Below are positions 51,860 through 64,000 of a stretch of DNA of 64,000 nucleotides, one piece after another. The notes under the pieces are model-generated. The model was not told the origin of the DNA and did no database searches. It saw nothing but the letters and a program-made list of their open reading frames with translations. The position numbers and the translations under genes were made by a program. The stretch spans positions 63,674,001 through 63,738,000 of the forward strand of contig OZ024742.1 in NCBI GenBank assembly GCA_964016885.1. The letters run 5' to 3'. The stretch's first letter is position 1, and each line of letters starts with the position of its first letter. Origin of the DNA: Eledone cirrhosa. Its lineage: Eukaryota.

Positions 51860-52075
51860 TGTCGGTGTGCAACTCACTGATTTAGGAAGATTCAACATGA
51901 CACAGGGTATGATGAGGCTGGCCCTTTGAATTACAGGTACAAAATATTTTTGCCAGCTGAGTGAACTGGAGTAACATTAAATAAATGTCCTGCTCAAGGA
52001 CAAAATGCGTAGTCAGGAATAAATCTCACAACCTTACGAACAACGGCTGAACATCTAAATCACTAAATCACGCGA
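51860..52075 (-). mobile_element. Old tRNA-derived SINE, second family
   Basis: Degenerate tRNA-like head followed by gtccttgagcaggaca. Confidence 0.5.
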
Positions 52076-52374
52076 CAAGCATACACAAATCACTGGGATT
52101 AATTACTTAGAGACGCCATTCACTTGAAAAATAAATTATAGTTAGATTACTTTTAACATATTTAGAGTATGGTGATATATACACGGTGGAGATAGGCAGT
52201 GAATTGGTAGTCATTAGAACATCAGACAAAATGCTTTATGGTATTTGTTCCGACTCTCTGCTCTCTAAGTTCAAATTCTTCAACCATTAAACGCGCTTTG
52301 CCTTTTGCATAAGGCATCAAACATAATATATCATCCTATACTCTCCTACGAGTTTGTGATATAATACTTCTATT

Positions 52375-52467
<93 letters not shown>

Positions 52468-52567
52468 GTATCGGTGCTCTTACATAGCCGTATACATATA
52501 AATGTACGTATTGTATATTGAATAATAAACATCCCGTTATCTGTCAATATCTCGATTTCACCTACAT

Positions 52568-52850
52568 ATCTTCTTCGCCTTCTCTTCCTCCTCCCACTTA
52601 TTCCTGGGAGGGTCGTGGAGGGCAGAGTCTTCATGCATGCCTTCTAGCGGGTCCTGTAAGAAACAACCGCCTAAAATTGATCCGGTTTGATCCCCAAAGA
52701 GAGACCAGCCGAGCTCGTGTAGGTAGCCCAACAATCTTGCTCGGGATCTACTCCTGCCAGTTGGTTTTGCCCGTAAAACTGGGACATTCAAACCACATGT
52801 CTGCAGTATCAGAGCTGTTATCACTCAATTCGGAGTGATCACAATACCTG
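52568..52850 (-). mobile_element. RTE 3' end, second family
   Basis: AKPTGRSRSRARLLGYLHELGWS. Confidence 0.65.
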
Positions 52851-54103
52851 GAGTGACTCTCTCATTTTCGAACTACGTATTCTGTCGAGTAACGTTATAC
52901 CAAAGACCCTTAGGAGGAACCCCATTTGGCCACTTTAGTCAGTATTTCTTTCAGTCATTACTCAAGATTCATTACCATGGGTAAGGGTTGGCACGAATAC
53001 TGAACTGAAGTTGGCTTTTAATACCAGCCTCCCCTCTTCTGATGACCGGTTGCTGAAGCAGAGGCATTACAGAACCAGCTCCTGCAATTTTTGCACTTAA
53101 TTCAGCGTCCCGCTTCCCATCACTCCAGAACACAACTCCGAGATACTTGTTGTCCGCAAATTCTAGTCAACTGATCCTACATACACATTTTGGCAATATT
53201 GCCACGATTTCTCAAAAACCTGCTGCAGTGTGACTATTTGGTCGGCTGTGTTGCGTCCGAGGCGAAAACCATGCTGTTCGTCAGCTATCTTGAACTCGAC
53301 AATCTCTTTGCCAGATACTTAGCGTATACTTTACCGAAGAAACTTAACAGGGAGATCCTTCTATAATTTGCGCAATCTCGTTTCCCTTATCAACATATTT
53401 TGCAATCTTGCCCTTTAAAATGAATATTTTTAAACTCAGTAAAAATTTCTCCTCAAATACAATACTACCCAAACTTTTTGCCCTTATGTTTAGTTCAAAA
53501 TTTCTTGTATTATACACGAGGTAGGGTGGGGTGGTGGCGAAATATGGTAACCTCAGTGACGTATGAATTTTTTTTTTTTTACATGTCTTACAGGTATTTT
53601 GCCACGAATCTCTACATCTAACCTCTGATGCCGGGTTACCGGATGTCATACTGTAATTAGGTCAGTCAGTTGCTGCTTTATCATCAGACATATGACAGAT
53701 CTCACACTGTCAGTTTGTCATGCAACAGGTTGGTTTTAAGAGACACTCATTAAATCAATTACCCACCTCCGCGCCTCTCTCTCTCTCTCTCGCCCTCTCT
53801 TTCTTCTCTCTTTCTTAACATCGTTAGCTGTCGACATACTACAATGAAATTAATTCAATCAACTGTTTATATAGTCGGTGGGTCAGGGGAGTCTTTGTCG
53901 TTGATCTCTTTTCTCAACTTTGTGCCTTATGATGTCTAACACTATTTTAGGTTGAAATTCTTAACAGTTGATTTTATATATATACATATATATATATTAC
54001 AATTGCCTTCTGTGCTTTGTTCGTTCATTTTCAACTATATATTTATATATATACAGGCTGTATATATATTGATGTCTGGTTCACAGTATGAGGTGAGACC
54101 GTA

Positions 54104-54189
<86 letters not shown>

Positions 54190-54529
54190 ATAGCAATCAT
54201 AAAACTTCCTTATTAGGCTGGGGAAGTAAACTGTCGATTAAATGGAAGCATTGGCCTTGGATTTTAAATGTGAAATAATCATAGTCAGTATGATCTTTTT
54301 CAGCTAAAAAAAACGTCATCTGAAAACATTACTTCTGAAGTGTTTAGCTTCGGTAGTACGGTCTGTAAACAGAATATGGATAAAGGCTTGAGTATCCTCT
54401 ATCAGTGGAAGTCTGACCTTTCCTCCTAAGCACCACATGCCAAATGTAATATCCATGTTACCAATCGCGACTTTAGGATCATTTCTATAATTAGCGATAC
54501 TTGGTTTTAGTGTCCTTGGTTTTAGTGTT

Positions 54530-57500
54530 TTAACTGGCAATGTAAAAACTGCTACAACTCTGGGAAACTAAACCAGAACAACCTGCCACCCTCTACACAC
54601 CATCATAAACTGCGAGCAGGGTACAAATTGTTGTCCTTAAATGCTCGCAGTTTATGCAACAAGATACATCTGTTCGAATCCTACGTCAGAAGCATCGACC
54701 CTGACTTCATCACAGTCACGGAAACATGGGCACATTCCTTACTGTGTGATGGGTTTTCAGCATTACTGGGTACAACCTTTTCCGCAAGGACCGCATTAAC
54801 CGCCGTGGTGGTGGTGTGATGGTCTACGTTCGTTCAAACTTTTCGGTAATTCCTTGCGTTGATTTGAACGAATCACAGGAAGAAGTTTTTTTCTGTGACA
54901 TACGTATGACCATGTCAACACTTCTGCTTGGTGTTGTTTATCGCCCCCCCAAACTACCATCAGGACACACAGCTTTGCGATATCCTCAGAGTTGCTGCCA
55001 AGAAAACAGCCACTTATGTGTTTATTGTAGGTGACTTCAATCATCCTGAGATCGATTGGGAAACCTTTCGTTGGCCACAAGGTGCAAACGATTTCCTTGA
55101 ACTAGTGCTGGACTCAAACTGGTCACAAGTAGTCACCTCTCCAACAAGAGGTGACAACACTTTGGACCTGATCTTCACCACTACTCCTGAAGTGGTTATC
55201 AGTTGTACTACTGAGGAACCTCTAGGCGACTCTGATCATGCTATGATCATTGCCAATCTGGCACTTGAGGGCAGCAACAAAAACCAGAGCCATCTCCAAT
55301 CTGCTTGCTTTGATTGGAAGAGGGCGGATTGGAACTTGTACTGCACTGAACTGCAGCGCCCAAACTGGCATGAGATGTATAACTCTGGAGATGTGAACTC
55401 TATACTCCAGAGCATCCTGGACTCAATATGGATAGCGTGTGCAGCATCAGTGCCACGGAAGCGGAAAAATAACCACCCCAAAAGTGCAATCTGGGAAACC
55501 TCAGCGGTCCGACTTGCCAGGAAAGAACGTCGGAACGCTGAACGGGAATATAAACTGCATAAATCAGATGCCAACAGAAAAAAGCGGAATAAATCTTCTA
55601 ACCATCTCAAGCAAGTGACAAAGAAGGCAGTGCTTGAATTTGAACAGTGCATCGCAACCAATCCTGACAGTAAGGTGTTCTGGAAATATGTTCATTCAAA
55701 GCAGAGACCTCACTTTCCAGTTGGTCCTCTTCGCAATCCCCACACAAGCCAGATCACTGATGATCCCAAGGAATGCGCAGAACTCATTGCTGAGTGCTAT
55801 GCAAGTATTTTTACTGTTGAAAACCAGAATGTACCATCTCCACCATCTCTAACATCAAATTCCATAACAACTATGGAATTTACACCTGCAATGTTGCGAC
55901 GCCACCTTAAGAATAAGCGCAACTATGCCTCCCCTGGTCTTGATGGTGTGACATACCTGCTTCTCAAACGTGGCGGGTATTTCCTTTTGCGCCAGCTTTC
56001 TTTCTTCTTTCAATACTGTCTCAACAATGGTGCTACTCCGGAGCAGTGGAAAACTGCCAGTGTCATTCCCCTGTTCAAAAAGGGCAACCGCATGTCACCT
56101 GTCAACTATCGTCCAGTCAGTCTTACTAGCTGTATGGCCAAACTGATGGAATCCTGTGTCAGAGAAACACTTTGGAACTTCTGGAGCTCTCACAGCCTCA
56201 TCCGGCCCTCACAGTTTGGATTTATCCCTAACTCCAGCTGCTGTGATCAGCTTATCGAGTTCCTTGAGGACATCACCCGGATCACTGACAGCGGCTCATG
56301 GGTGGATGTTGTTTACCTTGACTTTGCTAAGGCTTTTAATTCTGTGCCACACAAAAGACTTATGGCAAAACTCTCTGCAATGGGTGTGAGGGATGATCAT
56401 TTCGACTGGTTGAAATCCTTCATTCTCAGCCGAAAAGAAGTAGTCACGGTTCTAGGTCAGCATTCTTCACCATATGAGATGTCATCTGGTGTACCACAGG
56501 GATCTGTTCTTGGCCCTCTTTTGTTTGTGGCATATATTAATGACATAGATGCCAACTTACAGAATGCCACGGTACTAAAATATGCAGATGATATGTACCT
56601 TGAAATCAAAAGGACTGATCCTGAAATTTACAACTCTTTCCTACAATCAGACCTGGACACAATGCAGCAATGGATCACAGACTGGCAACTGAAGCTGGCT
56701 GTGGACAAGTGTACCACCATGCATTTTGGAAGGAAAAATCCAGCGTCCACATACTCCCTCCACAACACTGATATCAAAAAGTCCTGTTGTGAACGTGACC
56801 TGGGCATTACTGTCAGCAACGATTTGCGTTGGACAAAGCATGTCTCTAAGATTGTCAAGAAGGCCGAGGGTGTCTTGGCATCACTCAGCAAGACCTTTGT
56901 TAGCCGCTCTCCAACCATCTATTTAAAACTGTATACAGCTATGGTGCGACCACACTTGGAATTCGCATCATCAGTCTGGAACCCCTATCTTGCTCAGAAC
57001 ATTGACCTCCTGGAAACTGTTCAGAGACGTGCAACCAAGCGCATACCCTCCATCAGACACCTACCATACTCTGAACGCCTTGCTTCCCTGGGCATGGATT
57101 CATTGAAGCTCCGACGTCTGGCAATGGACTTGGTGAATACCCACAAAGTTTTTAACCATCTCGCCAATTGCAACCCTGAGCGCCTCTTTGATCTCCATGT
57201 GTCTAACACACGTGGACATGCCTACAAGATCAGAAAACAGCACAGCTCCCATGACTTTCGTAGACATTTTTTCACGCTCAGAGTTGCTGAAGCATGGAAC
57301 AAACTGCCTGCGTCAATTGTTAGCTGCCGAGACACTGCATCCTTTAAGACACTCATGCTTCCCGAAATACGCCAAAACTACACCTGATGTACCCCTTCCA
57401 TACACATGCACACATGTGTGTATCACGACTCGTGCACTGTTCACTTTACTGATGTTTGTGCATTGCCCTATGTACTGTACATGCACTTTTTTGATGAGTT

Positions 57501-57674
57501 GTGGTGCACCTGGGCACTGTACACAATATTTCATTATTGTTATTGTTATTATATCATGACTCATACACTGTTCATTTTCCTGACACTTTATTATTCTATG
57601 TACTATACATGCACCTTTGATGAGTTGTAGTGCACCTGAGCACTGTACACAATAATTTCATTATTATTTATTTT
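54530..57674 (+). mobile_element. CR1-clade LINE, 5'-truncated
   Basis: Endonuclease and RT ORF, duplicated 3' UTR segment (57490 / 57617), TTA-rich tail. Confidence 0.92.
54628..57387 (+). pseudogene. CR1 ORF2 (AP endonuclease plus RT); 819 aa uninterrupted after N-terminal frameshifts
   Basis: LNARSL, TETW, GDFN, LDLIF, SDH, NYRPVSLTS, YLDFAKAF, GVPQGSVLGPLLF, YADD, ERDLG, VRPHLE, WNKLP. Confidence 0.9.
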
Positions 57675-58568
57675 AAATTATCATCATCGACATTCAATTA
57701 TTAGCTCCACCCACTACACGATACGTCACCACACGTCATCAGCTGCTGCTGCTGCTTCAATTTACATATTCATTTTCTTACATGCTTCATTTTTACACGA
57801 AAAAACATTGAATTTTTGGAATAAATATTTACTAAAATATTAACAGAGAAAATTAGATTTTTGATTTATTTTTTGAACAAAATAAATATTTATTTACAGT
57901 TTTTAACAGAAAAAAAATTGCTGCGAAATACATTTTTTTTAAAACAGATTTACAGTTTTTAACAACAGAAAAAAATTTCTTTAAACAATATATTGTTGCG
58001 ATAGTTTAAAATCTTTTCGAAACATTTACCTTCGTGACGTATCGTGTAGTGGGTGGAGCTAATAATTGAATGTCGATGATGATAATTTAGGACACTAAAA
58101 CCAAGTATCGCCCTATAATTCTTCGATGGATCATATGAAAACGCAGCTCTTAGCCAGTTTATTCTTCCTTGAAGAGTCGTTTGTGCTCGTCGAGTTTGCA
58201 TCGCAACCGTCATTGCCTCTTGGTGACTTTCATATCGAACCTCTGTTAACTGCGATAGTTTTCCTTCTTGCCTTAATATTTTTGTTCCCTGTCCAGGTTC
58301 TGTACACTTTCAGAAAGTTACGATCGTCTTTCTTGTTGTCCTAACCTTTCTGTTTCCCGCTTCATATTCTGAATTAAGTCAATAATAACACGACACTATC
58401 ATCAAAAAGCTAAATTAATATACACCGTAGATTAATTTAAAATAGCATCAATTTTTTCTGTGTTCTGTAAAATCAAAGACTGGTGTAAAACGATTTTATA
58501 AAAAAAAAAAAATTAGAATGTTATTTCTCGCCCTAGCACAGCTGATACATAAATATAAGTATGCAACC

Positions 58569-58708
<140 letters not shown>

Positions 58709-58811
58709 GAGAAGAAAGAGGAATACTGCGTGGTTGCACATGGGTTACATATTATAAAATTAGTCCCTCGTCAGTGATTTGCCAACCATCATTGGTATTT
58801 CATCGCATTAT

Positions 58812-58997
58812 CGGTGAATTGGCAGTATCGGTAGAGGGTAGGATATGCTTTCCAGCATAGTTACGTCCCTTTACGATCTGAGTTCAATTCCCACTGAGGT
58901 TTACTTTGCCTTTCATCCTTACGGGGTCGATAAAATAAAGTACCAGTAATGTACTGGGATAATTGCTGGCCTTGTGCCAAAAGTAGAAACAATTATA
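58812..58997 (+). mobile_element. tRNA-derived SINE
   Basis: Full-length family copy. Confidence 0.85.
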
Positions 58998-59574
58998 TAA
59001 ATACATACATACATACATACATACATACATGGTGGCTGCCAACTCGTTTTCGAGTACGGCCACTACTTTATATCCATGTAGGAGAACCCCTACTGATGCG
59101 CTGAACAGAAAGAACACAACTAGTTAGGAAACTACAAGTACAATCCATTAATGGAACAGTAAAAATATGTAAAACATTCCAAAAATTTTGCATCTAATAA
59201 CTGCATATACACATGTACAGATACAAAGCATATACACATGCACACATACAACTCAAAACATACACATCCACACATACAATAACATCCATATCTACACATG
59301 CATGCATACATACATATCTACCTAGTTGATGTTGTGTAAATTCCAATGAGAGAGTCTTGTGTCTATGTTAGAAACCGACTCTCTCTCTATTGGTAAAACT
59401 TTGTGAAATTATAAAACCAGAAGAACATACATACTCATATATACATATGTAGGTATGGGTTATATCGAACATTAAAAATAATGTTCGATTCGTTTGTAAA
59501 CAAACGGTCCGTTTTGAAGCTGCGCCGTGCCGGTGACTGTTGTTCACCTGTTTGTTCAACACTGGCTTTGAGGA

Positions 59575-59617
59575 ACAATCAACATGTTTCTGGGGCATTA
59601 CCCTTCATCAGGACTGT
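59575..59617 (-). ncRNA. Type I hammerhead ribozyme
   Basis: acagtc CTGATGA a ggg taatg ccc ca GAAA catg TT gattgt; outer helix gttcaac..ctggc / gccag..gttgaac. Confidence 0.8.
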
Positions 59618-59923
59618 ATATATCTGCCAGTCTGTTGAACGGTTGAAAATATATAGTATTTTCTTAAGTACACATCGGCTGAGTAGCCTCATTTGCGAGT
59701 TACGGCTAACCTTGCCGAATATTAAAAATAACAGTAGAATTTTATTTCTCATCCTAGCACAGCTGATACATAAATGTAAGTATGCACACGTACACACACA
59801 CACATATATATACGCACATACACATATATACATATGTACGCTTTATAAAAGCTAACGCAATATTGTTAAACATTCAACTGATACGTTGATCTATAGTTTA
59901 AGCCGATTCTAGACTTTTGTGGG

Positions 59924-59971
<48 letters not shown>

Positions 59972-60997
59972 CTCCCTCTGTGTGTGTCTCTCTCTCTCTC
60001 TCTCTTTAGATGTGTGTGTGTTCGTTATGTCAGTCGTCACAGAAATGTATGTTACACAAACATACACTCTCACACATATACTTGTCAGTCACCACATATG
60101 TATATGTATGTGTAGATGTGTGTGTGTGTTTAATTCTCTGTGTGTGAAGATAATGTGTATGCAACTTACTAAGGCCTGACGTATGTAACGAACGCGCAAA
60201 CACACACATTCACAAACACATACACACTCATATACAAAATGTGACGTCGTCGTCGTGTTATAAAATGTCGTTTACTATAGTTGACTATAGAAAGATTATT
60301 TTAGATAAAATGTTATATTGTTTTAATCCAAATCCAAATCAAAATTATATATTGTTAATCGAATCCTGTAAAATTTGATTTTATTTGATCGAGCCGTTTG
60401 AGAATACATAAGGAAACAGACAGACAGAGAGACAGACAAATAATTTTATATAGAGATATTAATTAATTAAAGGTTAATTAGCCTCTAATACTTAAATATC
60501 TTAATGAGTGGGATCGCTCAGAGAAGCAATATTATATATTAAATTTAACTCTATTTATGAGGGTACAAGCCAGACAGACAAAAAATATTCTAACGATAAT
60601 CGCTTGTGTAAAAATCTCCCTACCATGATTTCGATTGCGGAAGAGTCTATTATTATAGAGTTTTTTTTCACTTAAATTTAATATACCACAATTTTAGCGT
60701 ACATACTCATACACTCACACACAGCGTAGTTTTTTCACCATCCCCTTACTTCCTTTTACACACACATACATTCACGCAGGCAGCAGACGTAAAGAGAGAG
60801 GACTATCAGGAAGTCAAACTTGACTGGTACTTTATTTTATCAACATCAGAAGGATAAAAGGCAAACTTGACCTTGGCTGTATTTCGATTCAGAACACATA
60901 CCACAATGGCATTTTATTCGATGCTCTGCCAATCTACTAGGCAAAACATTTTGTCCAGCGTTTACCAACCAATATTATGTGAATGCTACCATTCACA

Positions 60998-61148
60998 TAA
61001 TAATAATTGTTTCTACTTTTGGCACAAGGCCAGCAATTACCCAGTTCATTACTGGTACTTTATTTTATCAACCCGGTAAGGATGAAAGGCAAAGTTAACC
61101 TCGACGGGATTTGAACTCAGACCGTAAAGGGACGTAACTATGCTGGAA
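60998..61148 (-). mobile_element. tRNA-derived SINE, partial
   Basis: Family core and B box. Confidence 0.8.
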
Positions 61149-61526
61149 TGGTTTTAATAATGGTTTCTAACATAGGAACAAGGCAATATATTATGCAGAG
61201 GACATGGACAATTCAGTCCACCCTGTATTTGACCTAGGAATTGTTATAAAAATTCTCTCATCATCATTTTACATCCATGAACGTGGGGTGGTTTCAAGGC
61301 ATTTGCAATCAAAAAGGTTGAATAATAAACTATTTCAATAGAACAAAACAGACAATTTATTTATGATTACTTTTTTTTATTTTTGAGCATCAATCATGTA
61401 TGGGACATGAGAAGCTATGACTGGTTTATGTATTATTGGTCAGATAAATCATCAAGAGTTTCAATCTGCAAAAACCCTTATATTCAAATAAAGCACACAA
61501 TTGCAATATCTTTAAGATTATTTTAA

Positions 61527-61727
61527 CCCTTTAGCATTTACATTACCCCATATTTACTATTGTATTTTCATGGTAAATGCTTTACTTCACATAATTATCT
61601 CACATATTGATATTATTTATTTTGAGAACAATACCTTAACATCTGTATGAGCGGCTGTTACAGCCAGTTTGAACAGAAAGATGTGAGAGAATTCTGGCTG
61701 GATACGGCCGGTTTAAATGTTAGAGGG
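61527..61727. mobile_element. piggyBac-like MITE
   Basis: TTAA on both sides; TIR CCCTTTAGCATTTA / TAAATGTTAGAGGG. Confidence 0.75.
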
Positions 61728-61820
61728 TTAAGCTTAACGACATTCGCATCACAGAACATAAATTATTATTCTTATTTGCTGCATTCAATAGTAGAAACAA
61801 TTATTTGCTACCTAGAGGAT

Positions 61821-62037
61821 GGTGGATTGGAAGCATCAATAGAGCATTGGGCATGTTTTGTGGCATATATTTACAGCTCTTTACATTCTGAGTTTAAATC
61901 CCACCGAGGTTAGCTTTGTCTTTCATCTTTACGAGGTCGATAAAATAAAATACCAGTAATGCACTGGGGTTGATTTAATTAAGTTTTCCCCCTTCCTTTC
62001 AAATTGCTGACCTTGTGCCAAATGTAGAAACAGTTAT
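61821..62037 (+). mobile_element. tRNA-derived SINE, diverged
   Basis: ggtggattgg head and family core. Confidence 0.75.
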
Positions 62038-62418
62038 TTGCTACATTTAAAAAGAAAGAAAAGGAACTGATTGTCAGATTGAACCAAGAAAACTGTTTCC
62101 ATGAGTCTTTCCTTTGTTGATAACATTAGCTGGTCACAACTTCTGGCAGAAGGAAGTAGAATTTGAACTTGGAATGCACAGAGCTAGATCAGATATTACA
62201 AAGCATCCAATGAGACTCTTTAACAATTTCACCAATGCACCACACCTGGACTGGTATTTTATTAATTGACCACAAAAGGATAAAAGACAAAGTTAACCAT
62301 GGAAGGATTTGAACTGAGAGTGCAGTAAACCGGAACAAATACCAAGGCATATAATTCTAAACATCCTGTCATGATTTAGCAGAAAATATTTTAAAACGGG
62401 TTATTAAAGTACAAACGT

Positions 62419-62880
62419 TGTGATGCAGTCATAGTGCTGTTTTGTACTTTCTAAGAATGTTTTGTTAATTCAAATGTTTATAGTATCTTTACTAGTTGAG
62501 AGATAATTGTGAAAATTCAGAATAAGCTAAAATAAAGACTTAAATTTTTAATGCGATGTAGTTATAATGTTGTTTTGTACTTTCTGAGAATGTCTTACTG
62601 ATATCATTTATATGGTTTGTTAATTCAAATGTTTATAGTATCTTTACTAGTTGACAGATAGATAGTTGTGGAAATTCAGAGTAAACTAAAAATAAAGACT
62701 TTAATTTTTAACATGATGCAGTCATAGTGTTGTTTTGTATATTACAAGAACGTCTTGATAATTCAAATGTTTATAGGAAATTTACTAGTAGACAGATTGT
62801 GAAAATTTGTAGTAAACTAAATTTAGAATTTTAATGTGATAAAGTCGTAGTGCTGTTTTGTACTTTCCAAGTTCAAGAAT
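62419..62880. repeat. Tandem repeat of about 130-160 bp, about 3.5 copies
   Basis: Recurring gatgcagtcatagtgctgttttgtac...aattcaaatgtttatag...actagt. Confidence 0.8.
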
Positions 62881-62981
62881 ATTTTGCTAATGCAGTTTCA
62901 TTTGCTACACAATATTAAGAGTTAATCCAACACCCTAACTACTCTGCCAATTTAGAGCCTATTTAAATGTAGAAGTAAAAT

Positions 62982-63172
62982 ATAATAATAATTGTTTCTA
63001 CTTTAGGCACAAGGCCAGCAATTACCCAGTGCATTACTGGTACTTTATTTTATCGACCCCGTAAGGATGAAAGGCAAAGTCAACCTCGGCGGGATTTGAA
63101 CTCAGATCGTAAAGGGACGTAACTATGCTGGAAAGCATGGCGTCCGACCCTCTACCGATACTGCCAATCCAC
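62982..63172 (-). mobile_element. tRNA-derived SINE, full length
   Basis: A box TGGCAGTATCGG, B box GTTCAAATCCC, core ttgcctttcatccttacggggtcgataaaa, (ATT)n tail. Confidence 0.9.
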
Positions 63173-63272
63173 AATAATAATGACAATTATTGTGTACAGT
63201 TCTCAAGTGCACTACAACTCATCAAAGGTGCATGTATAGTACATAGAATAATGTACAAATGTCAGGAAAGTG
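63173..63272 (-). mobile_element. CR1 3' UTR fragment
   Basis: Reverse complement of about 57575-57665. Confidence 0.75.
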
Positions 63273-64000
63273 CTGGGCTATCAACTGGTATTTTGTGAGT
63301 TGATTTCAAATCTGCTGCCAGCATTTTGTGATCTTAAGCAAGACACTTCACTGTAAGTTGCCTTATTTTACTTGGCTATCAAAAGTAAACATCCAGCAGT
63401 AAGGGTCAGTTAGGTAGATCATCCAGTAATCATAAACGATCAGTAGCAACTGATTATTTCTCACAGAAGTGGCAGCTGGTGGTTGTTTAGCTCTAGGTAT
63501 GATGTATCTAGAAGACCTACCATCAACATTATTCCATGACCCTCCTATCTATTTTTCAAACATAGTATCTTTAGGACTGTTTTATCCAATATATCCTTCT
63601 TTATTTTAAGATGGTAAGGTGTGAGCAATTGAAATGATCATTGAGAGATCCCTCGTTAGTTTGATGGTAGTGTAGTTATTTAGTCCCAGATTAGCCCTGA
63701 TCAAGCAGATCTATGATCATAGACATTCTAACAAGGACTTTTACTCATTATTTATTCAAACAGTGTATCTAGGACTGTATTAACCAAAAGTCGTTCTTAA
63801 GTTAAAGTGGTAAGATATGGCTCAAGGAAGATTTAACTGATATTTCTAGTACTCACACAACCAAGAGGAGGGCACTTTGTATGGTGAAACCTCCTCAGGT
63901 AGATGTAGAAACAAAGGACAGAAGAAAGTTAATGAAATGATTTGTTTAAATATTTAAAATGTGTATGTCCTGGCTTCTAGAATAGGTACATGATATCACT

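Larger units (their letters stand above)
54493..58112. mobile_element. Merlin-like MITE (about 0.5 kb net) interrupted by a CR1
   Basis: 8-bp TSD CTATAATT (54485-92 and 58113-20); TIR of about 80 bp starting (G/A)GCGATACTTGG; left TIR split into 54493-54515 and 57675-57729, right TIR 58034-58112. Confidence 0.75.

Noticed and set aside
53039-53100. CTGATGA as a hammerhead core (also about 53683- and CTGAAGG near 49467)
   Set aside because: No correctly placed GAAA, stem I and stem III.
54928-57387. Intact, active or domesticated RT gene
   Set aside because: The endonuclease N-terminus is frameshifted, ORF1 is absent and residues after YADD appear deleted; an ordinary young CR1 copy.
62982-63172. 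tRNA gene
   Set aside because: A and B boxes are present, but no cloverleaf is evident; multi-copy with a shared body and (ATT)n tail, so a SINE.

Overview
AT-rich, microsatellite-laden animal genomic DNA. The tRNA-derived SINEs, RTE LINEs and repeat mix suggest an octopus or another coleoid cephalopod, which is an inference from recall and not a database result. Almost all of the window is decayed transposable elements: RTE, L1/Tx1, CR1, Vingi-like and CRE-like LINEs, Helitrons, piggyBac-, Merlin-, hAT- and Tc1-type MITEs, a non-coding LTR relic, and several Penelope-like element (PLE) families. Three short exons of an unidentified host gene, and possibly a GC-rich first exon, lie on the minus strand. 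The most striking signal is about 16 type I hammerhead ribozyme (HHR) motifs, intact or decayed, found by eye. They sit in PLE pseudo-LTRs and in small non-coding retrozyme-like units inserted in (TA)n tracts. One family has a compensatory U3-A8 core (UUGAnAA). No intact autonomous element, rRNA, true tRNA or CRISPR array is supported.
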